From Fimicolochytrium jonesii (Eukaryota): DNA of 64,000 nt. Made by a program: the position numbers and the translations under genes. Numbering within the stretch: the stretch's first letter is position 1; every line of letters begins with the position of its first letter. The stretch covers positions 930,001 through 994,000 of the forward strand of contig NW_026515674.1 in assembly GCF_025526975.1 (NCBI RefSeq), read 5' to 3'. The notes beneath the pieces were generated by a model that worked only from the letters and a program-made list of their open reading frames with translations, was not told the origin of the DNA and did no database searches. Shown piece by piece: positions 1 through 12,521 of this stretch.

Positions 1-330
1 TGAAGATCGATCATCCCGAGGTGGAGAAACTGCGAGGGGTTATCAAGCGGTTTAGGGATGAGGAGCTGGAGCATTTGGATACGGCCGTTATTCATGACGC
101 GAAGGAGGTAACGCTTGGGAGAATGTAATGCCGAGGCGGATCTGGTGTGATTCGAGGAACTAAGTTGGGTTATTGGGGCTTGTGTAGGCACCGGCGTATC
201 CGGGGTTGACGGCTGCGATATCACAGGTATGTGCATATGAAACGATGACCTTGGAACTTCGCCCCGAAGCATTACTGACAAGTAATTGTAGGGTTGCAAA
301 GCCGCGATATGGGTAGCGACACGATTTTGA
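1..330 (+). CDS. COQ7: 5-demethoxyubiquinone hydroxylase (COQ7/CAT5), 3' part only; exons ..107, 188-226, 292-330
   Basis: Spliced translation KIDHPEVEKLRGVIKRFRDEELEHLDTAVIHDAKE|APAYPGLTAAISQ|GCKAAIWVATRF* matches the COQ7 C-terminus with its di-iron ExxH motif. GT-AG introns at 108-187 and 227-291. Not present in the ORF track. Confidence 0.92.
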
Positions 331-933
331 ACGGTTTTCGGATTCCACCCGATTACCATCACCTTCGCCTCTGCGAGGCGATCTATGCGGCAGTTGATGG
401 TAACGGACCGAAACACGCATCCCGCGTCGCCTGCAGGTGACCAGAAAGGAGCTGTTGAAGCGCATGGGAGCGTCATAGCAAAGGCGCGCGATTGTCCATG
501 CTTCTATTGAAGCAACCGGGTCCGGCATGACTGGTCAACGGCGTCTTGCCGCAGAGTGGTGCGAAGGACCCGCGATTCGAGAAGCGCCCGAATGAACCAC
601 GGTTGGCCTCGATGGAACGGAGCACTGGGACCCAACATCAACCTTTCGGGATAGAAACCTCTCGTTCTAGAATCGCTTTGTAGGCTCTATCACAGCACAC
701 ACGACTCGATATACCCTATGTGTTTTCTTATGGCGCATAAACATCTGTTGGCCAAAGGACGTGTCGTTCTTGGGCATAATATACGAAATCGTGTAGTCTA
801 CGTTCTCATCCGCGCCTATCATAATTTACTGTGGAAAAGCTCCGTCTACCCAAATGGATGTCTGTTCCCCCTACCGCTGTGAGCGTAAACCCTGCACACG
901 GCGAAACAGTCCGCATAGGAGAGCCGTCCCTAC

Positions 934-1971
934 TCAATCCGCACGCTTGCGCTGTCTAACCCCCGTCTTCACCGCCTTCGCCTTCTCATCAATCCCATTC
1001 ACCATCGGCGTCGCCTTCTCCTTCGACGGCGCCCTCTTCATCACCGCCTCCAACCCAATCCCGGTAAACACTAGCCCGACAGCCGCCCACTGGCCCAACG
1101 ACACATGGTGATCAAACCAAAAGAAACTCAGCAGGATCGAAAACATCTTCCGCGTGACCGTGACGGTCACCAGACTAACGGCGCCGAAGCGCTCAAGCGT
1201 GTGGTAGATGAAACACTGCCCGATCGCGCCGCAGAATCCGTACAGGAGGATATCCGCCACGATCCGCGGGTGCGCGTGGCAGAACGTCAGGGCGCTCGAG
1301 AGTTCGGCCGTGAATGGGTTCAGGAGGAGGTACAGCGTCATTGCTGCCGAGGAAAGGAGGTTGAGGTACACCATCATGGACGCGCCGGTGACCTTGAATT
1401 TATGGAAGATGCGGTCCTGGGTGGAGTTCACCGCGCCGTCCATCAGAAGGTTCACGAGGAGTAATCCTAGTCCGTATAAGCTGTTCGACCGCCCGCCGCG
1501 TTTTGCAGCCGCGTCGTCCTCCTGTTTATGCAGCAGCATGAACGCCGACACGCCTGCGGTGATCAGGGCCACAATCAGGTATTTTTGCGCCGGGAAGGTG
1601 CGGCGGTAGATCAGGAAATTCATCAGCAGCACCGGTACGAGTTTACATGATTTGCCGAGGATCACCGTCGGGTAGTCGATGTGTTTCAGGGCCTCGTACC
1701 CGAACTGCGGGGCGACGGTCGTGAGGAAGGCGCATTGGATGTAGCCTGTCCATAACTCCTTTGACGGGCGGCCGAGGGGCTGTTTCTTGATTAGCCGGAC
1801 GTAGATGAACCCGACCAGCGAGGCGCAGAGGGATTGCACGACGTTGAGGAAGACAAAGTGGCGGAACTTTTGGCCGCCGTAGAGTTGGGTTGTGACGGCT
1901 TCTTGGGTCAGTTGCCAGGTTAGGAAGCAGGTGTAGATTCCGACGACGCAGACGGCGAGTTCGGCGACCAT
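934..1971 (-). CDS. HUT1: UDP-galactose transporter homolog (UAA family, SLC35B1-like), intronless
   Basis: 345-aa multi-TM ORF with ALKHIDYPTVILGKSCKLVPV, DGAVNSTQD and VTVTRKMFSILLS motifs typical of the UAA family. Confidence 0.92.
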   Translation of the reverse strand: MVAELAVCVVGIYTCFLTWQLTQEAVTTQLYGGQKFRHFVFLNVVQSLCASLVGFIYVRLIKKQPLGRPSKELWTGYIQCAFLTTVAPQFGYEALKHIDYPTVILGKSCKLVPVLLMNFLIYRRTFPAQKYLIVALITAGVSAFMLLHKQEDDAAAKRGGRSNSLYGLGLLLVNLLMDGAVNSTQDRIFHKFKVTGASMMVYLNLLSSAAMTLYLLLNPFTAELSSALTFCHAHPRIVADILLYGFCGAIGQCFIYHTLERFGAVSLVTVTVTRKMFSILLSFFWFDHHVSLGQWAAVGLVFTGIGLEAVMKRAPSKEKATPMVNGIDEKAKAVKTGVRQRKRAD

Positions 1972-2653
1972 TTTTGCACCGGGGGTTTTCTGGGCCCTGG
2001 CCTTTGGGGCTGATGGTAATGTATGTACAGTATAGCTGGGTAATTGCCGCTGTCATTGGAGGAGGGTTAGCGGAGATCAACGTACATACAGTGTGAGGAT
2101 GTGTAGCTGGGTGCAAACTCGGTTGGAACTCACCTAACGGTCGACGAGGCTTGCACTCCACCGTTCTGTGAAGCTATCCTTCCACAGCTAAAGGCGTATT
2201 GCGTATGGCTGCCAACGTGGTGGAGGTCGGCGACGGCTTCCCTTGTGGCATGGGCACCTGTGAAGTCCCCCTTGCAGTCCGCCGTGCTGTCAGTGCTGTC
2301 TGCGTCACAGCGCTCAGCCAACGGGATCAACGCGACTTCCGCTCAGCCTCAGAAAGCCGTCTGGGTGCAGGTCTGGGTGCAGAGGATCATTCTAAAGGGA
2401 GGCAGGCAGCCCGAAACCATCCAGCGACCCCACTAACTGATACAAAACATTGCACTCTCGCCGAACCCCTGCATCGTCCCAACTTGTCCTGTTAGGAGTG
2501 TTAGGGTGGTTTACGGTGAGGGTGACGGGCATCTCCCGGAAAGTGGTTTCACCTCACCAACAGGAACTGAACAGGAACTTCCTGATACCTTCGCGACCAA
2601 ACACAACCAAAAGCACCCCATTACCTAGCTCGCCAAGCTCCACCGCCTTCACC

Positions 2654-3701
2654 ATGTCGCTCGAAGATCCCCCTGGAATGCGCCCCCTCGCCTCCGTCTC
2701 TCTAACCCACGTCCAATACGACGACTCCGACCCGCTCGGGATGTTCATGGCCTACGCATCGTTAGCGCCTATCGCCATCATCATTTCCTACGTCACGCTC
2801 ATTTTCTTCCGAAGGGATCTGGCGACGATATTGATGTTTGTTGGGCAGTTGGTGAACGAGGGGGTGAATTTCGTCGCGAAGAAGATTGTGAGGCAGGCGC
2901 GGCCGACTGGTATGTGAAGGGAGCGGGAGGGCGAGAGCGCGGACGCCGGACTGCAGCGGGCGCGAAGCGCGGCGCAGACGATGCCTCAGGAGGAACGCAG
3001 TGAGCGCGAGCACAGCAAATTCCCTCGCGCCAAAGCGGTCCGTTTTCAGCGAGCACCGGCGAGCGTTTGGAGGTTTTGCGAGCGAGGCGAGCTCGCTCCG
3101 CCTAACGCAACATCCTTGTCGCGAGCGGAGCGAGCAGGATATAGTATCATCCATCAACCAACCATCCCAGCCATCGCTTCGCTTCATTCATCACGTGTGT
3201 GCTGACGACGTTCATGCTATGTCATATAGAATACCTAGGCAAAGGCTACGGCATGCCCTCGTCCCACTCCCAATTCGTCGCCTACTTCGCATTCTACATC
3301 ACCATCTACGCCTTCACGCGGTTCACCTTCCAATCCCGCGCCTGGAAACCCTTGATCACCATCGCAGCCATGTCCATGGCGGGCCTCGTTGCTTACTCCC
3401 GGTGCGTATCCCACGCATTCCCCTCCAACATCAACCCTACCTCACTAATAAATCAACTCCCACTAGCATCCACCTAACCTACCACACACCCCCACAAGTC
3501 CTAGTCGGCCTCACGTGCGGCGCTCTTTTCGCCGGGCTCTGGTTCGCCTTCTGCAACTGGGTGCTGGCGCCCGCGATCGATCTCGACTCAAGCGTGGCGA
3601 GGTGGCTACTGTTGAGGGATACGAGGGATGTGCCGAATGTGCTGGTGTTTGAGTACGAGACGTATAGGCAGTATCATGCGCAGAAGGAGAAGACGAGCTA
3701 G
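2654..3701 (+). CDS. CAX4: Dolichyl-diphosphatase (PAP2 family); 3 exons (introns 2910-3229 and ~3402-3466)
   Basis: SLTHVQY N-terminus plus the three PAP2 motifs KKIVRQARP, GYGMPSSHSQF and SRIHLTYHTPPQV, joined across GT-AG introns. Confidence 0.9.
2910..3229 (+). repeat. Long intron carrying the GCGAGC-hairpin repeat family (copy 1)
   Basis: Core caacatccttgtcgcgagcggagcgagcagg (3108-3138) and cgcttcgcttca (3175-3186) recur in the NOP15 intron; a shorter core recurs in the ARM-gene intron. Confidence 0.8.
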
Positions 3702-5391
3702 GGCCCGCGTGCATACGTAGCATCATCCAGCCAATTTCGTAGACCTTGTTAGATAGACTCTTACCGTCAGTGAACGAACGAACGAACTGGTTTGAACGTA
3801 TGAACGGTTACAGAAAGAATCTGACCACTACGGGAGTGCTAACCATTCATTCGTTATTATTTCCCCCCGTCAACCAGAAAGGTGTCAGCGAGAAGTACAA
3901 GGAAACGCAAATGCAGGATGACTACGCCCCTCGCTCAAGGCAGGAATACCGGTGCTAGGCACGTAAGCACACCGAAGAGATCTTACGGAGATCCTTCTAT
4001 CTCTTGCCTGCCTGACGATCGTTCCAGTGATAGCAGCTTATCAACCAGTGGACTCATTTCATGGAGGCGAAGCTTGTGCTATCGCTGAGAATTCACACAC
4101 CCCCGCTGATCTTGCGTGAGACCGTTCCAGATGGCCTCCCAGTTCATTGCTGTGGTTTAACGGAATCGCTCTGGATCCAGGGACGCATAACGCTGATTGC
4201 TGGGTCGGGGGTTTCCGTCGAGACCTGGGTGTCCCTCATGAGCAGATAAGGCCTACCGAGCCTCGTCCCCGGTGAGACAGTGCACCCCATTAGCTACCCG
4301 ATTAGCCAACGGGGTGCATTGTCCCGCGCTGCCGATCGTGTTCGTCGGCGCCTTCAATCTCGGCGGGCCCTCTTCGTGTTGGCCGGCAATTGGTAGTGGG
4401 GCCGTCTCTTCGAGACCGCGGTAGGTATAAAACAGGTGATGTTGGGGATGATGTATGTCCCGACGTAAATTGTTGTCCTCTGTTGAGGTATTGATAGCAA
4501 AGTCCAGCCCCATAGCAGGCGGTACAACGTGCTTCCAAGGTCCACGTTCGCTCCAATATTACTCTGGCCTGGAGCATTCCTGCGCACTTTATCCAAGCGG
4601 CCTGCAATGTGGTGAGGATAGGGATTTCAGTACTTGGAATCAGGAAAGGCGAGGAATCGGAGAAAGGGTTCCTCGGCGTCCTCCTCCTCAAAAGTTATTG
4701 ATGACTGTTCCAGCCCTCCCAACTTCTGCCCCTTGCTTCTTGCTCGCCTTGCTCCTTCCGACACGTAGTCTACACCCTCCAGGGCTAAGCGTTCGCAACC
4801 TGCTTGTCCAGACATTTTTCAAACTTGCACATCCGCATACGTTGTCAACGAAATCGGTGGGTGCGGCAATCGGCTTGTACTGTACATGAGAAACGGAGAT
4901 GGTGACGCAACCAGAGTGTGTGGCCATGGTCGCGTAGGCGGGGGAATGAAGATGATGTGACCCGATCACTAGCGGCGGAAGTGCAAGGGCAGGCGAAGTG
5001 AATGCGGAGATGGATTGAAGAGAGATGGAGGGGAGATAGAGAGCAGGAACCAGGGTGATCACACACGCGGAAGACACGCCCGGCTGGCGGAAAACCCGAC
5101 GTAGGGATGGACATGGACGTTGTGGTGTATGTTAAGACGGGGTGGGATACGATGCGGCAGGGACATTATGCTGTAGTGGCGTGGAGACAACGCACTGGCG
5201 GCCGACCGCTTGCGATGGCACGAGGCTGGGTGCGTTCGGAGTGGGGGTTCCTGCGGGATGGCGGAGAAGCGGGAACGTCCGCGGCGTCCGTCGTCATGGT
5301 CTCGCGTTAGTTCGACCTTCCATAAAAGCCTCGTTTGCCCCCCTGGTTCCCCCCCCAAACCAAACCATTAGCACCGAAACCGAAATCAACA

Positions 5392-6319
5392 ATGGCAACC
5401 GACAGCAAACAAGCCTGCCTCATCATGGGCGCCACAGGTAGCCGTCCCCCCCCCCCCCCCCCCCCCTTGTCCATCACAACGCATCCTCACACTCACCCTC
5501 CCCTCCCCTCACCAGGCGCGGTCGGCAAAACCCTCCTCCGCGAGATCATGCAACAGAACAAGTACGACAAAGTGACCCTCCTCGTGCGGCGCTCGGCGAA
5601 CTACGATGGCCCGAATAAGGAGAAGGTCGTGGAAAGGATTGTGGATTTCGAGAAGCTGGATGAGGAGGTGTTCAGGGGGCATGCGTATGTTGATAGTTGC
5701 TGGGTGGGTTTCTGGGGAGGGTGTTGGGACGCGGGGAGACTGACGAAGTGTTGTGGGCAGCACGTTCTTCTGCACGTTCGGCACGACGAAAGCCCAGGCC
5801 GGGTCTGCCGAAGCGTTTGAGCGGATCGATAAGGGATACGTCCTCAGTAAGTCGGGGGCGCATGGGGGGTTCTCAGAACTCACATCCCCCACCTCGCTTA
5901 CCCCCCCACCCGCATTTCTCCCAGCCGCAGCAACCCTCTTCAAAACCGCCAACCCAACCACCCCGCTCCACTTCCTCTACGTCTCCTCCAGCGGGATCGA
6001 AAGGGCCGCGTGGTTCCTGTACCCGCGCACCAAACTCGCCATCGAGCGCGGCCTCAAAGACCTCCAGTTCGCCCAGTGCAGCATCTTCCGCCCGGCGTTC
6101 CTGGTTACCGAGCAGAATCGCGAGGGCAGAATGGCGGATAATCTGTTGAGGCCCGTGTTGGGGGGTTGGCTGGGGAGGGTGACGGGAAGCGCGACCCCTG
6201 TGGGAGCGGTGGCGAAGGCGATGATCAGGGCCGCAAGAGGGGATGTGCCGGCCGGTGTGCCGGTGAAGGCGGAGGGAGGGTTTAGAATTTTTGAGAATCC
6301 GGAGATTTTGGCGTTATGA
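5392..6319 (+). CDS. NAD(P)-binding Rossmann-fold protein, TIP30/HTATIP2/Fmp52-like; multi-exon
   Basis: IMGATG|AVGK glycine-rich motif split by an intron, FCTFGTTKAQAGSAEAFERID, YPRTK (YxxxK) and SIFRPAFL. Confidence 0.85.
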
Positions 6320-6634
6320 ATGTGAGAGTGCGGTGATCAGGCGTAGCGAGAATAGGAGTCGATGACGAGTACTACGTACTGTACTCTCATAATGAAGTGC
6401 CCATATCGGACGAGATCCCCAATTGAGAGCCAGTTCACCAAAGTTTTCTTCGCCTTGCAAACAACATTTATTGGGTAGTAGTATGAAGCTGTAAAGTAAA
6501 CGCTCGAAAGAACAAAAAAGAGCGGCTTCCAACGAAAAAGGGGTCTCCAACAAGCTAATAGTCTAAGGGAGAGGCGGGGATATATATGTATACACGCCAG
6601 TGGGTGGAAGGGGAATCACGAGTCGTAAGCCGCA

Positions 6635-7386
6635 CTACATGAAGAAGAGCATAGCACCACCCACCGCCGCCGCGGCACCCGCGAAGGAACCCGCAAAGGA
6701 CACCAACGCGGCACTCTTCGAATCCTTCGCGGTTCCCGTCGTCCCCGCCGCGGCATCGGCCCCGCCATTAGCGCTCCCCCCGGTGGAGTTAAAATCACTG
6801 CTGGTCAACAACGTCCCGTTCTTCATGAGCACGACCTTGGGGGCGAGCGTGCCGTTCCAGTAATTAGTCTCGTTATTATCCTTGCAGAACTGCGTGGCCT
6901 CAAACGGCACAACGTCGCCGTCGTTCCCGGGCGGCAGACGCACCGAGACGCCGAAATCGAGGTACTGCGAGTCGAGCAGCTCGCCGCCGGACCACGTGAT
7001 CGTGTCGACCGTCGTGTTGACCGTCACGCCGTCGCTGGTGACCGGCGGATCCAGCGGTCGGAGCGTGGTCGTGACGTTCCACCCCGGGATGTATTGCGCT
7101 TTGGGGCCCGTGATGTTGGCGGGGATCTTGACGGTCAGGGACGTCGTGGCGTTGTGGTTGCAGCCGTGGGCTAAACAAATAGGGAGAGGTGTTAGATATA
7201 AGAGCCTTGGGTGATGACAGCTGGGGGGTGCATCATCATCTTGACAGCTTGGGTGTACTTACGAATGCGGATGCCAACAACCATCGACTTTGAGGGGATG
7301 CCAACGGGCGGCTGGGCGGTAGCGTGGGCGGAGACGGTGGAGGCGAGGGCCAGAGTGGCGGCGAGGGTGTAAGCGGAGAAGTGCAT
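6635..7386 (-). CDS. Secreted, probably GPI/membrane-anchored YcnI-like (DUF1775) copper-binding domain protein; exons 7386-7263 and 7170-6635
   Basis: Signal peptide MHFSAYTLAATLALASTVSA followed by His. RI|PHGC...PGW...ITWSGG...YLDF...F.ATQFC...W...AP pattern, S/G/A/T linker and hydrophobic C-terminus. Confidence 0.75.
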
Positions 7387-7397
7387 CTTGACGATCG

Positions 7398-7437
7398 TGT
7401 TGGTGTTGGTGTTGGTGTTGGTGTTGGTGTTGGTGTT
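7398..7437. repeat. (TGTTGG)n hexanucleotide microsatellite in the 5' UTR of the YcnI-like gene
   Basis: About 6.5 tandem copies, read directly. Confidence 0.9.
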
Positions 7438-7519
7438 GAAAGTGAAGGGTGGTTGATGTGAGCGAATGGGCAGAAACAGCGCTACGCAAAAACCCCTCGT
7501 CCTTTTATACGCGAGTTCC

Positions 7520-7550
<31 letters not shown>

Positions 7551-8260
7551 TTTCTTTCTCTCCCAGAGTCCCCCCCATTGTGCAACCTCACACCGCGCCA
7601 GCAGCGGCACCCAACTCAGAAAATAGTCACTGTCCGGGTTCCAGGTGCGCCCCCCCCCCCCCCCCCCACGGAGTGAGCGCTTTTCGCGGTCCCTTTCGGG
7701 TCACTCGCCCCGCGCCCCCGTCCCATGTTTGTGGCCATAACCGAACGCAATGTGAGCCAATTTGAGCACACACCGACCGTTCGTTTCGGCGACTATTCTC
7801 CCGTTTCGACACTTTCGCCCGCTTGTGTTTGTTTGTTTGGAAATCCTGACCGGGTCAAAAACCTTACCCCTTCCACTTTTGGTCTGCCTCCCATAGTGAA
7901 CCGGCTGCAAACACTGTACTTTTCAACGAGTCGAGACCGAAGGGCCTCCCATGAAGGTCTCCCAACGCCGAACAGGTTTCGAGTTACGGGCCTCAGTCTC
8001 AAAGCTATTCTCGCTTCCCACCGCTACCGCCCTTCGCGTGTGAACCTGTCCAAAACCCCTTACAGGTCACATATAACGAGGGCAGGGATGTCCCATTGGT
8101 GGGCAGATCGGGAAAAGAGTGCTGCATACAGATGTGGAAACCACGTTCCTGCACATCGTCGTTCGGCTGTCTAAAACCAGCCCTTTGGAGGGCCGAGCCT
8201 TCATGGGGGGATGTGCAGGAATAGCACACTGAGCCCCAGTTCGAAAATAGTGGACTCTAC

Positions 8261-8285
8261 TGTACTGTACTGTACTGTACTGTAC
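8261..8285. repeat. (TGTAC)5 microsatellite
   Basis: tgtactgtactgtactgtactgtac, read directly. Confidence 0.9.
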
Positions 8286-9951
8286 GCCGGCGATGTTGTT
8301 TTCTCAAGCATGTCCCGCCTGAAAGTCCACATGTCCACATGTCCTATGCGTTTAGGAAATCATGTAAGGAGGCGGAATTCCCTTACCTCCCGAGTGAGTC
8401 CCTCTGCGCACCAACTAGGCGAAGGTGAGATGTACTGTACCCTCGCACAAGGAGATGACGACGTACCCGGCCCGGTTGCGATGTTCAGCGACGTCGCTGC
8501 AAATCGTGTAAGACTTTCTTGTCACAGCCGAGGTTCACGGACGGGGGGCCAAGCAAATCTCAGAGAACAGAGACGCAATCGCACACACTCCCGGAAACAA
8601 GATGCGATCCACTTCCTTCAGGACCCCCGCAACGGACCCGATTCTCGCCTCACAGAACCTCCAGGTGTCCAATAAAACGCCATCAGGATCCTTCTACCCC
8701 TTCTTCGCCCCTTGAAGGACCCATGGATGAGTATCGCTTCGATGCGATCGTCGTAGCACGAACAACATAAGGAAGTATCATAAGACGAGGGTGGTGCCGG
8801 ATGCTTGGGATGCCCGGGCCCGCGTTCCTGCCAAGGGAAGGAGAAAGGCTGAGCAGGAATGTTTTTTGATCCCGAATCCAGGCATGTCTTCCTCGCCCCC
8901 ATCTCAAACTTTCACAATCCTGCACTGCACTGCCCCCGCGCTGAATTGGCAGAATCCCGTGGGCCAGAAACGAGATCCCACGCATGGAGAGATCGAAACG
9001 TTTATCCATTGCAGACACCCCTTTCTATGCACCGCACGGATTGACTTCGGGGGTACGGGATGGCCCGACGGAGGAAATGAGCGTCTTTGATCGGTCGATC
9101 AATTTGGGGAGGATTGACAACATGGGGAAGGTGTGTAGCGCTGTGTGGACGGCGAGTGAGGGGTCTGGCGGGGGATGGCGGTGCATATGGGAAGTTTCGA
9201 CGCAGGGGAGGCAAACGTGGTGAGGAGAGCGAGGCGGGGCCCAGAAAGGAATGTCGACCACAGGGTCACGCTTTGTGTCGACATTCCGTTCCATCCTTCA
9301 GTCCCTGGCTCTGCGGTCTCGTTCTCCTGCGAGACAACTCACGCCGCGAAGCCAGGATCGGAAAGCAGGAGTGTGGCGATCAGCATGCTCACCCGTGTGT
9401 AAGAGCGCTGTTGGACGCTGTGAAAAAGAGCGAGAGCGATGACAAGGCGGGTCAGAGGCGGGTGGATGAGCGGGTAGGCGGATGGTTACTTTCTGGGAGT
9501 AGTCTCCTTTTTTCTTGGACGGTGTTGCGTGATCGCTCGTAGTTGTGTTCCGCAGACAAGACGTGGGAGGTTGTGTTTAAGAGCCACCTCCTCGAACGCG
9601 CTTCTCTTTTTGAAATGTGAAACGCTGCGGGGGAGGGGGGTACTTGAAGAGAAGCGCGGCCAATGGGAACCGATGGAAGTTGCTGCGACTTCTCTGAGAG
9701 TTGGGGCCATATAGCGCGCCGCCGCAGACGATTGACCAGCATTGATGATTGACCGCTGGGGCGTTTTTTGCTTCCAACGTCGCCCCAACTTGCGCTTCAG
9801 ACCCCATTGCGCTAACCACACCCCCACCCCCTAGCTGACAGAGAGTCGGAAAGGTAACCACCCCCCCCCTCTAATACGATTATCGGCAACAGAGGGCTAA
9901 CCCACCCCACTCCCCACCTCCCCCCCCAGCCTCACAACACCTCCCCCCACC

Positions 9952-11067
9952 ATGTCCATCCTCGACTTCTTCCACCGCCACCAAGACCTCCGCCGCATCT
10001 CAAAATACGTCAAACGCCGCAAAGACTCCTCCCCTGCGCCCCAGAAACACGACACCTACTCCTCAACAACCTACCCCTCCCACTCCACCACCGCCTCCTC
10101 CTCCAACAAATCCGCCTTCAAACTCGCCTCCGCCAAAAACAAAGAAGCCTCCAAAAACGCCTCCATGTCCACAATGGAATCCTACGAAGCCCATCAACGC
10201 GCCGCAAGGGACTTTTATGCCGCCCCGCCCTATAGCCTGAGCTGTGTCGAGGTCGGCGGGTATGCGTACGCGGAGCAGAAACCCCCGCCAACGCCGCCGA
10301 AAGACAGTCCGATGGGGGGACGGAGGGGCACGGGCACGCCCGAGGGGATCCTGATTGATCTGAGTTGGGATGATGATGCTGTGATTGTGCAAGGCGGGGT
10401 GATGAGGGCGGAACCGGTGCAGTTACCGTCGCCGGAGGATGACAGGTGGTTGTATGAGGTCGCAGCGGATGTGGCGGTGCGGACGACGCAGCAGCCCATC
10501 ATCCCTAACCGGAAATCGTACGATGCAAGTTCACGCACGACACGCCCGCGGAGCAGCAGTTATACCAACCCGCCGCACCACCAGAAACCGCAGTACACAG
10601 ACGTCGAGCCGTACCCTGAGCCGGCGTACGTGCCACCACCACCCCCCGTGATGGCTCGATCGCAGACGACGATGGATGTGAGGGTGAAACGACCGACGAC
10701 GTGGTTTGGGAAGGGGAAGAGTAAGAGCTATGTGGATGTGACAAAGGTCAAGTCGAGTGAGGAGTATAATGCGTTGGAGGATGTTGCGTATCGGAGGTGC
10801 GTTTTGGTTGTTCTCGCCTCGTCATCGTTCTGCTCTCTCTCTCTCTCTCTCTCTGCTGGCGTTCATTCACCAACTCGCTTCGAAACCACCACAGACGACC
10901 ATAACCCCACCCCACCGCCCTCACCCACCACCACCTCCATATCCCACCAAGTTAGATTCGTAGACACCAGGACATATTTACGTAACCCGACAAAATCCAC
11001 CTTGTACATGTACGACATCCCCTCCCTCAACGCCCGCACGAACAGACAAGTTGGACGGATTCTATGA
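9952..11067 (+). CDS. Hypothetical low-complexity, proline-rich protein; probable in-frame intron ~10797-10955
   Basis: 371-aa ORF with caccATG start context. A gtgcgt...ttag intron removes a (CT)n-containing stretch and keeps the frame. No recognisable domain. Confidence 0.6.
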   Translation: MSILDFFHRHQDLRRISKYVKRRKDSSPAPQKHDTYSSTTYPSHSTTASSSNKSAFKLASAKNKEASKNASMSTMESYEAHQRAARDFYAAPPYSLSCVEVGGYAYAEQKPPPTPPKDSPMGGRRGTGTPEGILIDLSWDDDAVIVQGGVMRAEPVQLPSPEDDRWLYEVAADVAVRTTQQPIIPNRKSYDASSRTTRPRSSSYTNPPHHQKPQYTDVEPYPEPAYVPPPPPVMARSQTTMDVRVKRPTTWFGKGKSKSYVDVTKVKSSEEYNALEDVAYRRCVLVVLASSSFCSLSLSLSAGVHSPTRFETTTDDHNPTPPPSPTTTSISHQVRFVDTRTYLRNPTKSTLYMYDIPSLNARTNRQVGRIL

Positions 11068-12521
11068 AACCAAAAACACCGTACATTTCCCCCTTGGACC
11101 TCTTTTCCGTTTTATATATGTAGATTCGCGGACGGGACCTTTAATATACGCACTTGGCGGTCTTGTGATTCGAGTGGACGCTTTGCGATGGGCCGTTTTT
11201 GGTCCTGGGGGGGGGGGGGGGGAGGCGTCGTGTTTTTCGGCAGGGACGACACCCGCACCCCCATTGGCGAACGAACGCAACGCATCTTACCCGAACCGAG
11301 AAGCATCCCCTCAGCAAATGATGCAATGCGGACGCAAATGACAGCATCCCATCCCCTGCCCCGTCTCCGTCCATGTGACGGCGTAAACAGAGGGCTGAGG
11401 AACGGAAATGCGATACGGGGGGGGGGGGGGGGGAGATGAAGATTAGAGACGGAGACACCTTCCAGGGACAGGAAAGGAAGGGATGAACGAACTGCAATAC
11501 GGAGGGGAGATGGCCATCAAAGGAAGACACTTGCAGTGAGGAAGAAGAAGGGACATCACGCACGGGCCAACTGCGCCCCAAAAAACACAAACCCATGGGT
11601 TTCATCTGTATTGTTAGGGCTGACGGACGGCCATTGACAGTTTTTTTTTGCTGTCCGGGCGCGAGACACCAGGGTTCGGTGGGAGGGTTAAGGTTAAAAG
11701 GCGACCCTGGGAATGGGGGCCCTTTCGGGGCGTGTGGAACCCGTGGTTCGTCGGGGAGTGGGAGGGGAATGGAAATGCAAATGCGGGCGCAACCTGCCCT
11801 TTTTTCCTGTGAGAACGAGTGGAGTTTTTTACCGTATGCATGTTTGGGCTCTTTTTGAAGCCATCATGGGAATGAGCGCTCGTTTATGCGGTGTGCAAAA
11901 CTGCCCCCTTGTATTCTGACAACGACGGCAACGCACAGTGGAAATGGCTTCTGCTGTCGCTTTTTACCACTGATTATGAAGCCAGAACCTTGCAAAAAAC
12001 AATGATGAGCTCCGACCGGGGGAGGCGTTCGTTTTGTTTAGACGATTCCATTCTGTTTAGCGAGGAGGGGAATTTCCATCGATTGACTGCGTGAAGCTTA
12101 GCGGGAGTAAGCGCCTGTTTCGCGCAGACAGATTAGGGCGATGATTAGGATCGCGCACAATCATGCAGGGGCCCACACCCACGGTCGCTCGTGTGTCGCT
12201 CGCTCTCTGCAAGTCGACTCCAAATCCCTTTACGCTTGTTTTGCAACTCACCCTCCCACCCACCAATCGACGGCATCCTCATTAATTCTCCCTCTGCAGC
12301 CGTAAACAACCTCTCAGCACGGTTCTAGCAAGAACAGAGAGCGCCCCCCCCCCCCCCACTCGCCAGCGCCCCCCTCCCCCCTCAGCCCCGCACGCCCCGC
12401 CCGCCCCTACAAATAGCCGATGGGTGTCGGCCTCGCTCAAGGCCGCATGTGAGGAGGATGCTAACGATACGATACCACACGCTACACCACCCTACTCTTT
12501 ACCAACCAACAGCCGCCTGTC

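Noticed and set aside
2910..3229. Intronic snoRNA explanation for the conserved intron core
   Set aside because: No C box (RTGATGA)/D box pair or clear H/ACA layout is shared between copies. Not fully excluded without covariance-model searches.
4000..5330. Overlapping short minus-strand ORFs that look like a frameshifted gene relic
   Set aside because: No recognisable family or consistent splice model by eye. A translated homology search would be needed.
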